Source of the DNA: a virus
Lineage: Duplodnaviria; Heunggongvirae; Uroviricota; Caudoviricetes
Virus record (IMG/VR): IMGVR_UViG_3300025682_000004
Reading direction: 5' to 3' (one strand)
DNA length: 64,000 bases
A program made the translations under genes and the position numbers. Below, piece by piece: positions 30,193-40,402 of the stretch. How positions within the stretch are numbered: position 1 is the first letter of the stretch; each line of letters opens with the position of its first letter. The notes under the pieces are model-generated. The model had not been told where the DNA came from and did not search any database. It saw only the letters and a program-made list of their open reading frames with translations.

Positions 30193-30359
30193 GATTTCTT
30201 TTTCTTGTAGTTTTTTTAATTCTTCCATTTCTTTTTCAAACAGATATAAAAAATATCTTCTTCGATAAACGGGTATATTTTCAATATATTCGCTTTGAAA
30301 TTTAGCGTGTTTAGTAAGAACATAAATTTCTTCATTTACCATTTTTTTATAATCTTCCG

Positions 30360-31289
30360 CTAGATGCTTGGGAAAAAAAAATCTAAACCAATTGTTAAAT
30401 TAGCATTGAAAGTATATCCATCTTTAGCAGTAAAGACATAATCCATATCAACATCAGGACTAACATCCAACATTTTTTTACGAATTGCGTATGCATCCAA
30501 TGCTGGCATTGCATCAACAAACTTACTAATATATGTTTTATTAGTATTACCATCTATTGATACAATACTTGCAACTAATCTCATGGTAGAATACTGACTA
30601 AATTCTTCATTTTTTGCTTCTTTTAAAGATTCAGCAGTTTTATATATTCTTGTATCTTCACCAACAGTTAATAGTTTAAAAAGTACATTTTTTTTACGCA
30701 TTGGTAAATCAACACTAAACAAACCATTATCGTTTGGTTTTTCTTCAATTTTTTTATATTTAAGTTTTGTTAAATCAACTGTTGTTTTAAATGGAACACC
30801 TGTTCTTGGGTCAGTTACTTGAACAGTATAATCAGAACCATAACTTGTTATACGTAAAAACAGTAAAATTGCATTACGGTCACCTGGTAATAAATCTTCT
30901 GGATTAACATTTGGTGTTTTTATTTTTCTTTTCAATAGTAAGTCTAAAACAACACCACTTTCAATTAATGATGAAGTAGTTAATAAATCTTCATCTTTTG
31001 ATGTCATATATTCGACATTTATTTCAGAAAGACCATTTTTATAAAATAAACCTTTAGATGGTAATTTAACAATTTCATAAGTTGTAATTAAATCTGGGTC
31101 GGTTTCTTTAGACATGGCTTTTTCAAATTCTTCATGATTAAATTGTTGTAAATTAGGTGTATTTTCTTGTGGTTTTGGAATGTTGATTTGATTTGTATTT
31201 TCATTTTCAACATTATCTTTTTGACTTCTATATTTTTTTAGAAGGTCAGAAATACCCTTTTTTTGAGAAAAATTTTTTTCTTCAGACAT
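30360..31289 (-). CDS. hypothetical protein (tail-associated by position)
   Basis: 309-aa ORF. Confidence 0.35.
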   Translation of the reverse strand: MSEEKNFSQKKGISDLLKKYRSQKDNVENENTNQINIPKPQENTPNLQQFNHEEFEKAMSKETDPDLITTYEIVKLPSKGLFYKNGLSEINVEYMTSKDEDLLTTSSLIESGVVLDLLLKRKIKTPNVNPEDLLPGDRNAILLFLRITSYGSDYTVQVTDPRTGVPFKTTVDLTKLKYKKIEEKPNDNGLFSVDLPMRKKNVLFKLLTVGEDTRIYKTAESLKEAKNEEFSQYSTMRLVASIVSIDGNTNKTYISKFVDAMPALDAYAIRKKMLDVSPDVDMDYVFTAKDGYTFNANLTIGLDFFFPSI

Positions 31290-31413
31290 TTTTATAAATT
31301 TTTATAAATAACCATTATTTTTTTTATAAATACTACAAAAAAATAAAATTATAAAAATTTCAAGATTTTTATAAAAAAAACGTATTATATATATAGAAAA
31401 ATATTAATTAAAA

Positions 31414-31692
31414 ATGAGTAATATGATTTTAGTTATTTATGTTGGTGTTGCTAATATTAGATTAGCAGATATTGAAGATTTTGTAAAAAAAGTTACAAAA
31501 AAAATTACACCTGAAAGATTTGAAGGTGAAATAATAGTTATACCAACAAATACAATTGATACTAAAATTGAATGTATTAATCCGAGATATGTTACTGAAG
31601 AAGCATTAATTAAAGAACATAATGAAATGATGAAAAAATTAAATAATTTACTTAATTATCAAATAAATGAATTAGAAAATGAAAATAAATAA
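31414..31692 (+). CDS. hypothetical protein
   Basis: 92-aa ORF. Confidence 0.3.
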   Translation: MSNMILVIYVGVANIRLADIEDFVKKVTKKITPERFEGEIIVIPTNTIDTKIECINPRYVTEEALIKEHNEMMKKLNNLLNYQINELENENK

Positions 31693-32431
31693 AAAAAATG
31701 TTGGAATTGATATTGATGAAATATTAAGGGCGAAATGGTTACAATTTGATAAGTATTATGTTGAAGAATTTGGTTTAGATGGTGTTCCAAAAGAACAGGA
31801 ATATGTTTATGATTTCTTTAATAATTATAAATTTAATGATGTTGAAGAAATAATTAAAGAACTTAAAGAGCCAGAAGATATTCCAGAAAATATAAGTCCA
31901 TTAGAATATCAATTGAATGATAAAAATGAAGCACCTGCTGATTTTTTATTATTTAAAAAGGAGAATAAAATAAAATTAACATCAAAAGAAGTTTATAATA
32001 GATTCATGTATGAAGATTACTTATTTGAAATACATGGTTCAGCACCGATGATGTATAGAAATATGGATGTTGATGTTAATAAATTTTATGATAAATATTG
32101 TGATACTGTTAATTTTACATTATTTTCTGTTGAAAATAGATTTAGTATACCACCCACATTATTCTTTTTAAGTAAAATTAAAAGTAGATTTGAAAACATT
32201 CGATTTGTAAAAAAATCTATTGAAATGTGGAATAATATTGATATTTTAATAACAACAGACCCAGAAATATTAAAATTAGGAACACCTTGGTTTAAAAAAC
32301 TAATAAAAGTAAAAAGACCATATAATGAAAAGTTTAATTCATATTCAATGGAAATTTTACAAATAGCAGAATTAATAGAAAATAAGGATTTTGAAAAAAT
32401 AATAAAATATAAAAAAAATGAAAATGGATAA
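31679..32431 (+). CDS. hypothetical protein
   Basis: 250-aa ORF, translationally coupled to its neighbours. Confidence 0.35.
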   Translation: MKINKKNVGIDIDEILRAKWLQFDKYYVEEFGLDGVPKEQEYVYDFFNNYKFNDVEEIIKELKEPEDIPENISPLEYQLNDKNEAPADFLLFKKENKIKLTSKEVYNRFMYEDYLFEIHGSAPMMYRNMDVDVNKFYDKYCDTVNFTLFSVENRFSIPPTLFFLSKIKSRFENIRFVKKSIEMWNNIDILITTDPEILKLGTPWFKKLIKVKRPYNEKFNSYSMEILQIAELIENKDFEKIIKYKKNENG

Positions 32432-33596
32432 AAATATTGAAAAATCAATTGAAGATGTTGAAAAAGAAAAATTTGAAAAAATTAAAATTTCTTTAAATAA
32501 TTTAGAAAATAAAAAATCTAAATTTATTTTTTGTATACCCGAATCACAATCACCAGTAGCAAGTATATATGAGTTATATTTTCATGCCACTGTTGTAAAA
32601 AGAATGGGATATGATGTAATTATATTCACAGAAAAAAATGATTATGTAAAACCTAATTGGATTGAGAGTGAATTAACCGATATTAAACATTTATCAATGG
32701 ATGAAAATAATAAATTAAGTGTCGGTCCTGAAGATATTATGATAATTCCTGAAGTTTATTCAAATATCATGGAACATACTAAAAATTTACCTTGTTTAAG
32801 AATAGGATTTTTACAATCTATTGATTATATGTTAAATAGTTTAATACCAGGTATAAATTGGGAAATGTTTGGTATTAATAATATTATTACTACTTCAAAA
32901 ACACTTGAGGAATTTATTGAATTATATTTTGGAAAAAAATATAAAACTAAATCATATACAATAGGAATTCCTGATTATTTTGAAAAAACAGAAAGACCAA
33001 AAAAACCAGTAGTATCAATTATTGGTAGAAATCCAAATGAAATTAGTAAATTAGTTAAATTGTTTTTTCTTAAATACCCTGAATTTAATTGGATTACTTT
33101 TGACCCAATGTTAACTAAAAGTAAACCACCACAACAAATGCGTAGGGTTGATTTTGCAAAAAGATTGAGTGAAAATTTTGCTGCTGTTTGGATTGATAGA
33201 ATCTCAAGTTTTGGTACATTTCCTCTTGAATGTATGAAATCAGGCGTTGTTCCTATTTGTTTAAAACCAGATATTATTCCTGAATATATGGTTGAAAGAA
33301 GTGAAGATGGTGATAAACCAATAAAAGCAATTGATAATTGTGGCGTTTGGACTAATAATTATTATGATTTACCAATTTTAATTGCAGATACATTAGTCAA
33401 ATTTTTAGATGATAATATATCTAAAGAAATTTATGATAATATGGATAAGATTGCATCAAAATACAATCAAGATAATTCTGAAAAAGAATTGGTTGAGATT
33501 TATAGTGGATATGTAAACGAAAGAATTAATTTATTTAAATCCGCATTAGAATCTAATAAAAATAACAATAATGAAAATACTAAAGAAAATGAATAG
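32418..33596 (+). CDS. hypothetical protein (glycan-related by context)
   Basis: 392-aa ORF upstream of, and overlapping, a GT2-like gene. Confidence 0.3.
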   Translation: MKMDKNIEKSIEDVEKEKFEKIKISLNNLENKKSKFIFCIPESQSPVASIYELYFHATVVKRMGYDVIIFTEKNDYVKPNWIESELTDIKHLSMDENNKLSVGPEDIMIIPEVYSNIMEHTKNLPCLRIGFLQSIDYMLNSLIPGINWEMFGINNIITTSKTLEEFIELYFGKKYKTKSYTIGIPDYFEKTERPKKPVVSIIGRNPNEISKLVKLFFLKYPEFNWITFDPMLTKSKPPQQMRRVDFAKRLSENFAAVWIDRISSFGTFPLECMKSGVVPICLKPDIIPEYMVERSEDGDKPIKAIDNCGVWTNNYYDLPILIADTLVKFLDDNISKEIYDNMDKIASKYNQDNSEKELVEIYSGYVNERINLFKSALESNKNNNNENTKENE

Positions 33597-34392
33597 TACA
33601 TCAATAATAATTCCAATACATGAATTTAATGATAATATTTCAACATATTTAAATAAAGCGATTGAATCAATTATAAATCAACAAGAAGTTGAAAAACCAG
33701 ACGTTTTAATTGTTTATTCATCAACAATAGAAAATGAAATTAATAATTTTATTAAAGAAAAATATTTTAATTATAATTTTAAACTAATAAAAAATAATGG
33801 AAATACTGATTATCAATCTCAGGTAAATCTTGCTGTTGATAGTGTTAATACTGATTATTTTACTGTTCTTGAATTTGATGACGAATTGGGGTTAACGTAT
33901 TTAAAAAATATTAATGAATATGTAAAAGCATATCCCAACATTGATATTTTTTTAATAATGATGATTGAAGTAACAAATGAAAATAAAGGTATTAAATTAA
34001 CTAATGAAATGGTTTGGTCACAACAATTTGTTGGTGAAAATGGTGAATTGGGATATTTGAATTTAAATTCAATAAAACAATATACTGATTTTAAATTAAG
34101 TGGTGCTGCAATAAAAAAATCTGAATTTATTAATTTGGGTAGATATAAAAGAAACATAAAACTAACTTTTATGTATGAATTTATTCTTAGAGCATTAAAT
34201 AATGCATCTAAAATATTTGCAATACCAAAAATCGGATATAGACATTTAATTAATCGTGAAGGTAGTTTATTTGATGGATATTTAAAAAATATGCCAATGG
34301 ATGAACGAAAATTTTGGTTTGAAACTGCGTTTAAAGAGTCTAATTTCACTACAGATAGAGAAATTGATATAAGTAAACTTCAAGAAAAATAA
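33571..34392 (+). CDS. glycosyltransferase family 2-like
   Basis: SIIIPIHEFNDNISTYLNKAIESIINQ resembles the GT2 N-terminus (IIIPxyN...L.SL..Q), with a downstream EFDDE acidic motif. Confidence 0.45.
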   Translation: MKILKKMNSTSIIIPIHEFNDNISTYLNKAIESIINQQEVEKPDVLIVYSSTIENEINNFIKEKYFNYNFKLIKNNGNTDYQSQVNLAVDSVNTDYFTVLEFDDELGLTYLKNINEYVKAYPNIDIFLIMMIEVTNENKGIKLTNEMVWSQQFVGENGELGYLNLNSIKQYTDFKLSGAAIKKSEFINLGRYKRNIKLTFMYEFILRALNNASKIFAIPKIGYRHLINREGSLFDGYLKNMPMDERKFWFETAFKESNFTTDREIDISKLQEK

Positions 34393-34492
34393 ACATTTTT
34401 ATTTATAAATTTATTTAAATATAAATATATAATAAAAAATGAATATGAAAAATATGTGAAAATATCATATTATTTTTAATGTTTTTTATTGA

Positions 34493-35353
34493 ATGGAAAA
34501 AGAAGAAACTAATCAATATTTTGGTGAAAAAGAAGAAAGGGCTGTTATAAATTATATTAAATCAAATTCTAAAGAAGAAAAAAATAGAATTTATAATGAG
34601 ATTTTAATAGAACCATTTAGAAAAATGATACAGTCAATATTAAGAAGATATCCAATACATATTGGTAATTATGAAATGGAAGAAATTGAATCAAATGCTC
34701 TTAGCCATATGATTGACCAAATGGTTAAATATAAACCATATATTATTGAATTTTATCATGATGAAAAATGGATTAAATTGGGTGATGGTTATAGATTCTT
34801 ATATAAAAAAAATGCTGATGAAAAATTACTTTCGTTAAAAAATAATAATGAAAATATTAAATATAGAATTTTCTGTTCTAAAGCATATAGTTATTGTCAA
34901 ACAATTGTTCGTAATTACTATAAAGACCATAGTAAAAAAACATATAACGATAAGATGGTTAATTTATGCTACGATGAATATATAGAAGAAATTAATAAAG
35001 AAAATGACTATATTTATGAAATGGATATTGATTATCTTAATAAATTAGAAATATTAATTAATAATATTATAAAAAAAATTCAAAATAAATTAGAAAACGA
35101 TAAAAATTTAAAAAAAAATGAAATTATTGTTGGGGATGCTATAATAAATATTTTATCAAATTGGCAAGAATTATTTATGGAAGAAACACCAGAAGGTAAT
35201 TATAATAAAAAAATAACAAATAAATTTACAAAAAATAAAATTCTATTATTTTTAAAAGAACAAACAGGATTAAACACAAAAGAAATAAGAATGGGAATAA
35301 AACCATTTAAAGATATTTATTTTTTTGAAAAAAAAGAAATATATGATGATTAA
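34493..35353 (+). CDS. possible late-transcription sigma factor (T4 gp55-like)
   Basis: The N-terminal 90 aa parallel gp55 block order (RAVINYIK ~ LLQAIIDWK; ILIEPFRKMIQSILRRY ~ IGLAIMLIAEGLSKRF; EMEEIESNAL ~ EMIADGIEAS). From recall only. Confidence 0.35.
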   Translation: MEKEETNQYFGEKEERAVINYIKSNSKEEKNRIYNEILIEPFRKMIQSILRRYPIHIGNYEMEEIESNALSHMIDQMVKYKPYIIEFYHDEKWIKLGDGYRFLYKKNADEKLLSLKNNNENIKYRIFCSKAYSYCQTIVRNYYKDHSKKTYNDKMVNLCYDEYIEEINKENDYIYEMDIDYLNKLEILINNIIKKIQNKLENDKNLKKNEIIVGDAIINILSNWQELFMEETPEGNYNKKITNKFTKNKILLFLKEQTGLNTKEIRMGIKPFKDIYFFEKKEIYDD

Positions 35354-35397
35354 TAAATTTTAATTATTACTATTTATATGTACTAAAACTAATAATT

Positions 35398-35778
35398 ATG
35401 GCAAGACCTAAACGTAAAGAATTAAAATTTGATGAAGAAAGTGTTAATAAACTACTTCAAGAAATATATAATGAATCCCATAATATTAAAGCAAAAATCA
35501 CTAGATTATTTACTAAATGGGAATTAAAAGTAAAAGACAATGGAGAAGTTGCTGCTATTGGTGACCAAATTGTTAAACTTATTGCTGCTGAAGCAAAAAA
35601 TCAAGACCAAAAAATAATGTTACTTAAATATCTTAAAGAAGTTGTTTTTGAGAAAAAAACCGAAAAAACATCTTCTGATGATGAAGAAAAGGGTGATGTT
35701 ACTGATGCAAGAAGAAATGAATTATTATCATTTGTTGCAAAAGAAATAGAACGTAAAAGAAAAGAAAGTAATGAGTAG
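35398..35778 (+). CDS. hypothetical protein
   Basis: 126-aa charged ORF. TATTTATATG motif 18-27 nt upstream. Confidence 0.35.
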   Translation: MARPKRKELKFDEESVNKLLQEIYNESHNIKAKITRLFTKWELKVKDNGEVAAIGDQIVKLIAAEAKNQDQKIMLLKYLKEVVFEKKTEKTSSDDEEKGDVTDARRNELLSFVAKEIERKRKESNE

Positions 35779-37108
35779 AATTAACAATAAAAGAAATGTC
35801 TTTTCAGACATTAAAGCATTTTCTTCTAAATCTGGAAATAAACCAGAAGTAAAAGATAGTTATTCTTCTGTTAATAATTCTAAAGATTCTATTTCATTTA
35901 TGTTGGATGTATTAAAAGCAATTGCAGGAACTGAAGCATTAAAATTTTTAATTGGTTCTTTTCTTGTTGATATATTAAATAATTCAGAATCTCAATTAAA
36001 AAGTGGATTAAAAAAACAATTTGTTCAATCAAATGCCGATAACTCATTACCAGAATTTGATGTAAATGTTAAGGTAAAAACTCTCGATAGTAAAAAAAAA
36101 TTAAAAGTATTGCCAACAGATGAAGAAAAGGGTGGAAATTTATTGTATGGTGATTCGAATAATAATGGTGATAGAATGTTAAGAAATGCCATTAATAATC
36201 CAAGTTCAAATATTCCTTGTCACAATACATTAGTAAATTATAATCCTGATAATGATAGTTTTTTATTAAAGCCTATAGATGTAAATGTTGGTGATTATTT
36301 TAATAATTTTATTGATAATACAAATATAATAAATTCAGATGAAATTGTTGGCAATGCAATGGATAAATTATTTGGAACATTATCTAAATCACAAAATAAA
36401 ACAAAAGAAGAGGTTTTAGATGAACTTTTAACTGAAAAAATATTAGAAAATGTTTTAAATGATGAAGATAATCCATATGATGTTAATATAGAAAATTATC
36501 CTGATTTAGATTTAGAAGCGGAACAAATTTCTAATGGTTTAGTAACTTATGATATTAATTGTAAAATAGTTCAAGGTTTTATACCTGAAGAAATTGAATA
36601 CGAAGTATATTATGGTGAATTACCAATGGAATCATTACAAAAAATGATGGTGGATATAAATGATTCTAATAAAAATCCTAATGAAGTTGGTAATATTGTT
36701 AGTGATATAATGGAAAATAGCATAAATACTTCTGATGATTCCGATAAAAGAAGTTTTAAGGACGGTTTTTTTGTTAAATTTATAAAAACAATTATTCTTA
36801 AATTATTAGAAGCAGTTACAACAGCACCACAAGTAAGAATGTTAATGGCAATATATAGTGCTATTGTTAATAATGGTGAAGTTATGTTAGAAAAAGCAAA
36901 AGATGATTTAAAAAAATGGAAAAGAATTATTTTTTGTATGAAAAAAGAAATTATGCTTATTGTAGGTGCATTTATTTTTGCTTTAGTTGTTAAATATTTA
37001 GTTAAATTAATTAAACCAGAAATAAAAGAACGAATGAAAGAAAGATTAGAATCTTGGGAAAATAGTCTTATGTCATTAGTTTCAACAATAAAATCTAAAA
37101 TATTATGA
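35771..37108 (+). CDS. hypothetical protein with C-terminal transmembrane segment
   Basis: 445-aa ORF with a hydrophobic stretch LIVGAFIFALVVKYLV near the C-terminus. Confidence 0.35.
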   Translation: MSRINNKRNVFSDIKAFSSKSGNKPEVKDSYSSVNNSKDSISFMLDVLKAIAGTEALKFLIGSFLVDILNNSESQLKSGLKKQFVQSNADNSLPEFDVNVKVKTLDSKKKLKVLPTDEEKGGNLLYGDSNNNGDRMLRNAINNPSSNIPCHNTLVNYNPDNDSFLLKPIDVNVGDYFNNFIDNTNIINSDEIVGNAMDKLFGTLSKSQNKTKEEVLDELLTEKILENVLNDEDNPYDVNIENYPDLDLEAEQISNGLVTYDINCKIVQGFIPEEIEYEVYYGELPMESLQKMMVDINDSNKNPNEVGNIVSDIMENSINTSDDSDKRSFKDGFFVKFIKTIILKLLEAVTTAPQVRMLMAIYSAIVNNGEVMLEKAKDDLKKWKRIIFCMKKEIMLIVGAFIFALVVKYLVKLIKPEIKERMKERLESWENSLMSLVSTIKSKIL

Positions 37109-37286
37109 TTATAGACCAAAAAGTTAATAAACAAATAGTTGGTGTGTATTTAATTGATGGTAATGTTAATGGTACACAAATGGCTACAACTTCTAAACCT
37201 AATTTAGTTAGAAAAATATTAACAAGATTAATATTGGGTTGGAAATGGGTTAATGTAAAAAAATTAAAAACATTAAAATAAATATA

Positions 37287-37694
37287 ATGAATATTGATTA
37301 TACCAATATTGATTCTATTATTGGTGGTTTTACTAAAATTTTAAAATTATCATCAATTGGAAGTCCACCACCAATACCAACACCATTAATTTTGGTTGGT
37401 GTTCCACAACGTGGTGGTTTATCTGCAAGTAAAATTGCACATGAAATTATTAAAAGAAAAAGTGAAGCAGGATTACCAATTGGTGTATTACCAAATGGCA
37501 ATGCAAATCCTGATGAAATTATGGAAAAAATTAGAGTTGAAGAAATAATTAAAGCACTTCAAACTGATGCAATTATTAGTGTTGCTATACCACCAGGAAT
37601 AACATTATCTGCTGCGGGAATATCACCAGCAGGTCCTGTTTCAGTATATGGTTCAACAATTACGATAACAAAAGGATATGGTATAATACAATAA
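37287..37694 (+). CDS. hypothetical Gly/Pro-rich protein
   Basis: 135-aa ORF with GSPPPIPTP and GIPPGITLSAAGISPAGP. Confidence 0.3.
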   Translation: MNIDYTNIDSIIGGFTKILKLSSIGSPPPIPTPLILVGVPQRGGLSASKIAHEIIKRKSEAGLPIGVLPNGNANPDEIMEKIRVEEIIKALQTDAIISVAIPPGITLSAAGISPAGPVSVYGSTITITKGYGIIQ

Positions 37695-37698
37695 AAAT

Positions 37699-37902
37699 AT
37701 GGATTTAACAGATTATACACAAATAGAATTACTAAAATATAGTAATGATATTAGAAGTGAACACGAATCACTTAAACAAGAAATTATTAAAGATTTATTG
37801 ACGGTTGAAGAATTACAAAATAAAATAAACGAAAATTTAAAAATTTTAGAAGATTTAAAAACATTAAATAGTTTAATACACGAAGAATTAGATAAAAGAT
37901 AA
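37699..37902 (+). CDS. hypothetical small coiled-coil protein
   Basis: 67-aa ORF. Confidence 0.25.
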   Translation: MDLTDYTQIELLKYSNDIRSEHESLKQEIIKDLLTVEELQNKINENLKILEDLKTLNSLIHEELDKR

Positions 37903-37906
37903 TAAT

Positions 37907-38818
37907 ATGTTAGATAGTTATATAAATAAAATAACACATACTAGTAATCCATTAAGAAAATCACCATCTACAATAGTACCACAAAGAACAATTTTTTATG
38001 GTACTGTTTTAGATATTGATGATAAGACTGATGGTATGAGAATTAAAGTATATATTCCAGATTTAGATAGTCAAATAGATAAAGATAATCCTGAAAATTT
38101 ATCGTGGTGTTATCCCTTATTACCAAAATTTTTTCATGTATATCCAAAAATTAATGAAACGGTTAGGGTATTCATTGAAGATATTAGTTTTAATCAAAAA
38201 GGTAGATTTTGGTTAGGTAGTATTATATCACAACCACATAAAATTGGTGGTGATTATATTTTTAGTGCAAGGTCTAATATTGATAAAGAAATGGGATTAG
38301 CACCTGAAAAAGCACCATCTACATATCCAGATGCTGAAGGTATTTACCCTACAAAAACAGATGTTGCAATTATTGGTCGTGTTAATACTGATGTTATATT
38401 AAGATTAAATGAAGTTCATATACGTGCAGGAAAACATGAAAATGATAATCCTTTAAAATTAAACATAAAAAATCCAGCACAAATTAGTTTAGTTTTTGAA
38501 CCAAATATAGAAAAAAAAGATGAATATCAAAGTAATATTATCATGACCAGTGATAAAATTGCTTTAATTTCACATGATGGTAATCCAAATTTAAAAACAA
38601 CAAAATTAAAATTTGAAGATAGAAAAAGAATATTTGATAATACACATCCTTTAGTTCGTGGTGATGTGTTATTAGAAATTTTAGAAATATTTAGAAATGT
38701 TTTAATTAATCATATTCATGGATATTCTGCATTACCAGCAGAAAAAACAGAAATAATTAGAATGTTGGAAGAACTACAATTTGAACCAATGCTTCAAAAA
38801 AATATTGTTATTAATTAA
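37907..38818 (+). CDS. hypothetical virion protein
   Basis: 303-aa ORF in the structural block. Confidence 0.35.
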   Translation: MLDSYINKITHTSNPLRKSPSTIVPQRTIFYGTVLDIDDKTDGMRIKVYIPDLDSQIDKDNPENLSWCYPLLPKFFHVYPKINETVRVFIEDISFNQKGRFWLGSIISQPHKIGGDYIFSARSNIDKEMGLAPEKAPSTYPDAEGIYPTKTDVAIIGRVNTDVILRLNEVHIRAGKHENDNPLKLNIKNPAQISLVFEPNIEKKDEYQSNIIMTSDKIALISHDGNPNLKTTKLKFEDRKRIFDNTHPLVRGDVLLEILEIFRNVLINHIHGYSALPAEKTEIIRMLEELQFEPMLQKNIVIN

Positions 38819-38858
38819 AAAAAGCAATTATATAATTAAATATAATTGCTTTTAAACT
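38813..38858. terminator. bidirectional hairpin terminator between convergent genes
   Basis: 12-bp perfect stem aaagcaattata / tataattgcttt (38821-38832, 38841-38852), flanked by aaaaaa on one side and tttt on the other. Confidence 0.55.
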
Positions 38859-38874
38859 TAAGAATAAATAATAT

Positions 38875-39363
38875 TTACATATTAAGAATACATCTCCAAG
38901 GTTGTAATTCTAATGAAATTTCAGTTAGGTCATCACTACTATAATCATTATCACCAAAATCAATACTAATAATTTGACAATCTTCAAGTGTCCATTTTTC
39001 AATAGCAATACCCGTTGGGTCTAACGATTCTAATGTTATGGTTTTTTTATAACCAGCAGCATAACCCATACGACCAGTTATGGATTCTGCATGTAAACGA
39101 ACCCATTCCATGAGAATTTGTGAGGAAGAAGGACCGATTGGGTCAAGAAAAGTAACATTAACCGAATCCCATGTATATCTACCCGCAACATAATTCTGTT
39201 CATTCATGTATGGTATTTCAATTTTATTTATTTTCATTGAAGGTCTTTTAAATTTACGAATTGCCCAAGTTTCAATACCAATATCAGTACCAAAATGAGC
39301 AAAATATCTATTTTTTCTTTTTGGTTCGTGTTGCATTGGCACTTTTATTAACATATCACCCAT
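38875..39363 (-). CDS. tail tube protein (T4 gp19-like)
   Basis: Block-wise similarity to gp19: IEIPYMNEQNYVAGRYTWDSVNVTFLD ~ IPVGFMNRKINVAGDRTFDDWTVTVMND; GYKKTITLESLD ~ EYKKSAIVRQYARD; C-terminal LEDCQIISIDFGDNDYSSDDLTEISLELQPW ~ LWPTNVGELQLDWDSNNEIQTFEVTLALDYWE. Confidence 0.6.
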   Translation of the reverse strand: MGDMLIKVPMQHEPKRKNRYFAHFGTDIGIETWAIRKFKRPSMKINKIEIPYMNEQNYVAGRYTWDSVNVTFLDPIGPSSSQILMEWVRLHAESITGRMGYAAGYKKTITLESLDPTGIAIEKWTLEDCQIISIDFGDNDYSSDDLTEISLELQPWRCILNM

Positions 39364-39396
39364 ATCATATATATTTAATTAATTCAAATTTATTTT

Positions 39397-39408
39397 TTTT
39401 ATAAATAG
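39397..39408 (-). promoter_or_regulatory. candidate promoter motif (reverse complement ctatttataaaa) upstream of the tail tube gene
   Basis: Plus-strand ttttataaatag lies 34-45 nt upstream of the gp19-like ATG on the minus strand. Confidence 0.3.
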
Positions 39409-39424
39409 TTTTAATTCTCTTTTT

Positions 39425-39751
39425 TTATTCTGGAATTATACCTGTTCTTAAATATTGTCTATATTCAGATTTACTTAAATCAGCAATGGATTTTTTTGGT
39501 TTTTCGACAATTATTTCATTTTCTTTTTCAATTGTTTCATTTTCTATATATTCTATTTCTGAAAAATTATCGTTTTTTATATTTTCTTCCATACTATATT
39601 CATTTTCAGGAATTTCTTGATTAATTTCAATTTTATCATTAAAAATATACATATTTTGATATTGTGGAATACTATTAACAATTCTATTGTTAATGTTAAA
39701 AGTATTGGGGTCAATTAAAATGACATTACTAGTACCATCACTCATTTTCAA
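39425..39751 (-). CDS. hypothetical protein
   Basis: 108-aa ORF. Confidence 0.3.
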   Translation of the reverse strand: MKMSDGTSNVILIDPNTFNINNRIVNSIPQYQNMYIFNDKIEINQEIPENEYSMEENIKNDNFSEIEYIENETIEKENEIIVEKPKKSIADLSKSEYRQYLRTGIIPE

Positions 39752-39830
39752 TAAATTTTAATATAAATACACTGTTTTTTTTTATTTTACTTTAATTGGG
39801 TTTTAACTATTTATTATTAAAAATAGAAAG

Positions 39831-40214
39831 TTGAATCAAAACGGTATATATTGGTATAATGATATGTTTTTTTATCTATTTGGTGGTTTGATGATTTTTA
39901 TAATCACTATGTTAGTTTTCTTATATTTAAAATTACAAGAAAAAATAAAAGAAAATAAACAATTACAACAACAACATATTGCAAAAATAGATATAATTAG
40001 AAAAGAACAATCAATTACGTTAGAAAACATAAGAATTGAAATGTTAAAACGTGAAGATGAAAGAAATCGACAATGGTTTGAATCAGAAAAAGAAACACTT
40101 CATGTTTTAAATGGTATTTCAATAGTGTTAGATTTATACGATAAAATGGATAAGGTTGGTAATGAGGAAATTTTAAAAAAATTAGACCAAATAATTGAAA
40201 AAATAAATGGATAA
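39831..40214 (+). CDS. hypothetical membrane/coiled-coil protein
   Basis: 127-aa ORF with N-terminal TM segment YLFGGLMIFIITMLVFLYL. Confidence 0.3.
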   Translation: MNQNGIYWYNDMFFYLFGGLMIFIITMLVFLYLKLQEKIKENKQLQQQHIAKIDIIRKEQSITLENIRIEMLKREDERNRQWFESEKETLHVLNGISIVLDLYDKMDKVGNEEILKKLDQIIEKING

Positions 40215-40381
40215 TTATAAAATAAAAAATGATTTGAAAAAAATAGAAAGATTTAAAGAAGTAAATGAATCAATAAATCTTATTATAAAAAAAATGAAAT
40301 ATTGTTTATTTCTTAATGAAGATAAAAATATTATTCAAAGAATGGATAATATAATCATTAAATCAAATCATTAATTTTAAC

Positions 40382-40394
40382 TATTTATATAAAA
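40382..40394 (+). promoter_or_regulatory. candidate promoter motif TATTTATATAAAA upstream of the prohead protease gene
   Basis: The same motif class recurs 10-45 nt upstream of many virion genes on both strands (see findings). Confidence 0.3.
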
Positions 40395-40402
40395 TATATA
40401 AT

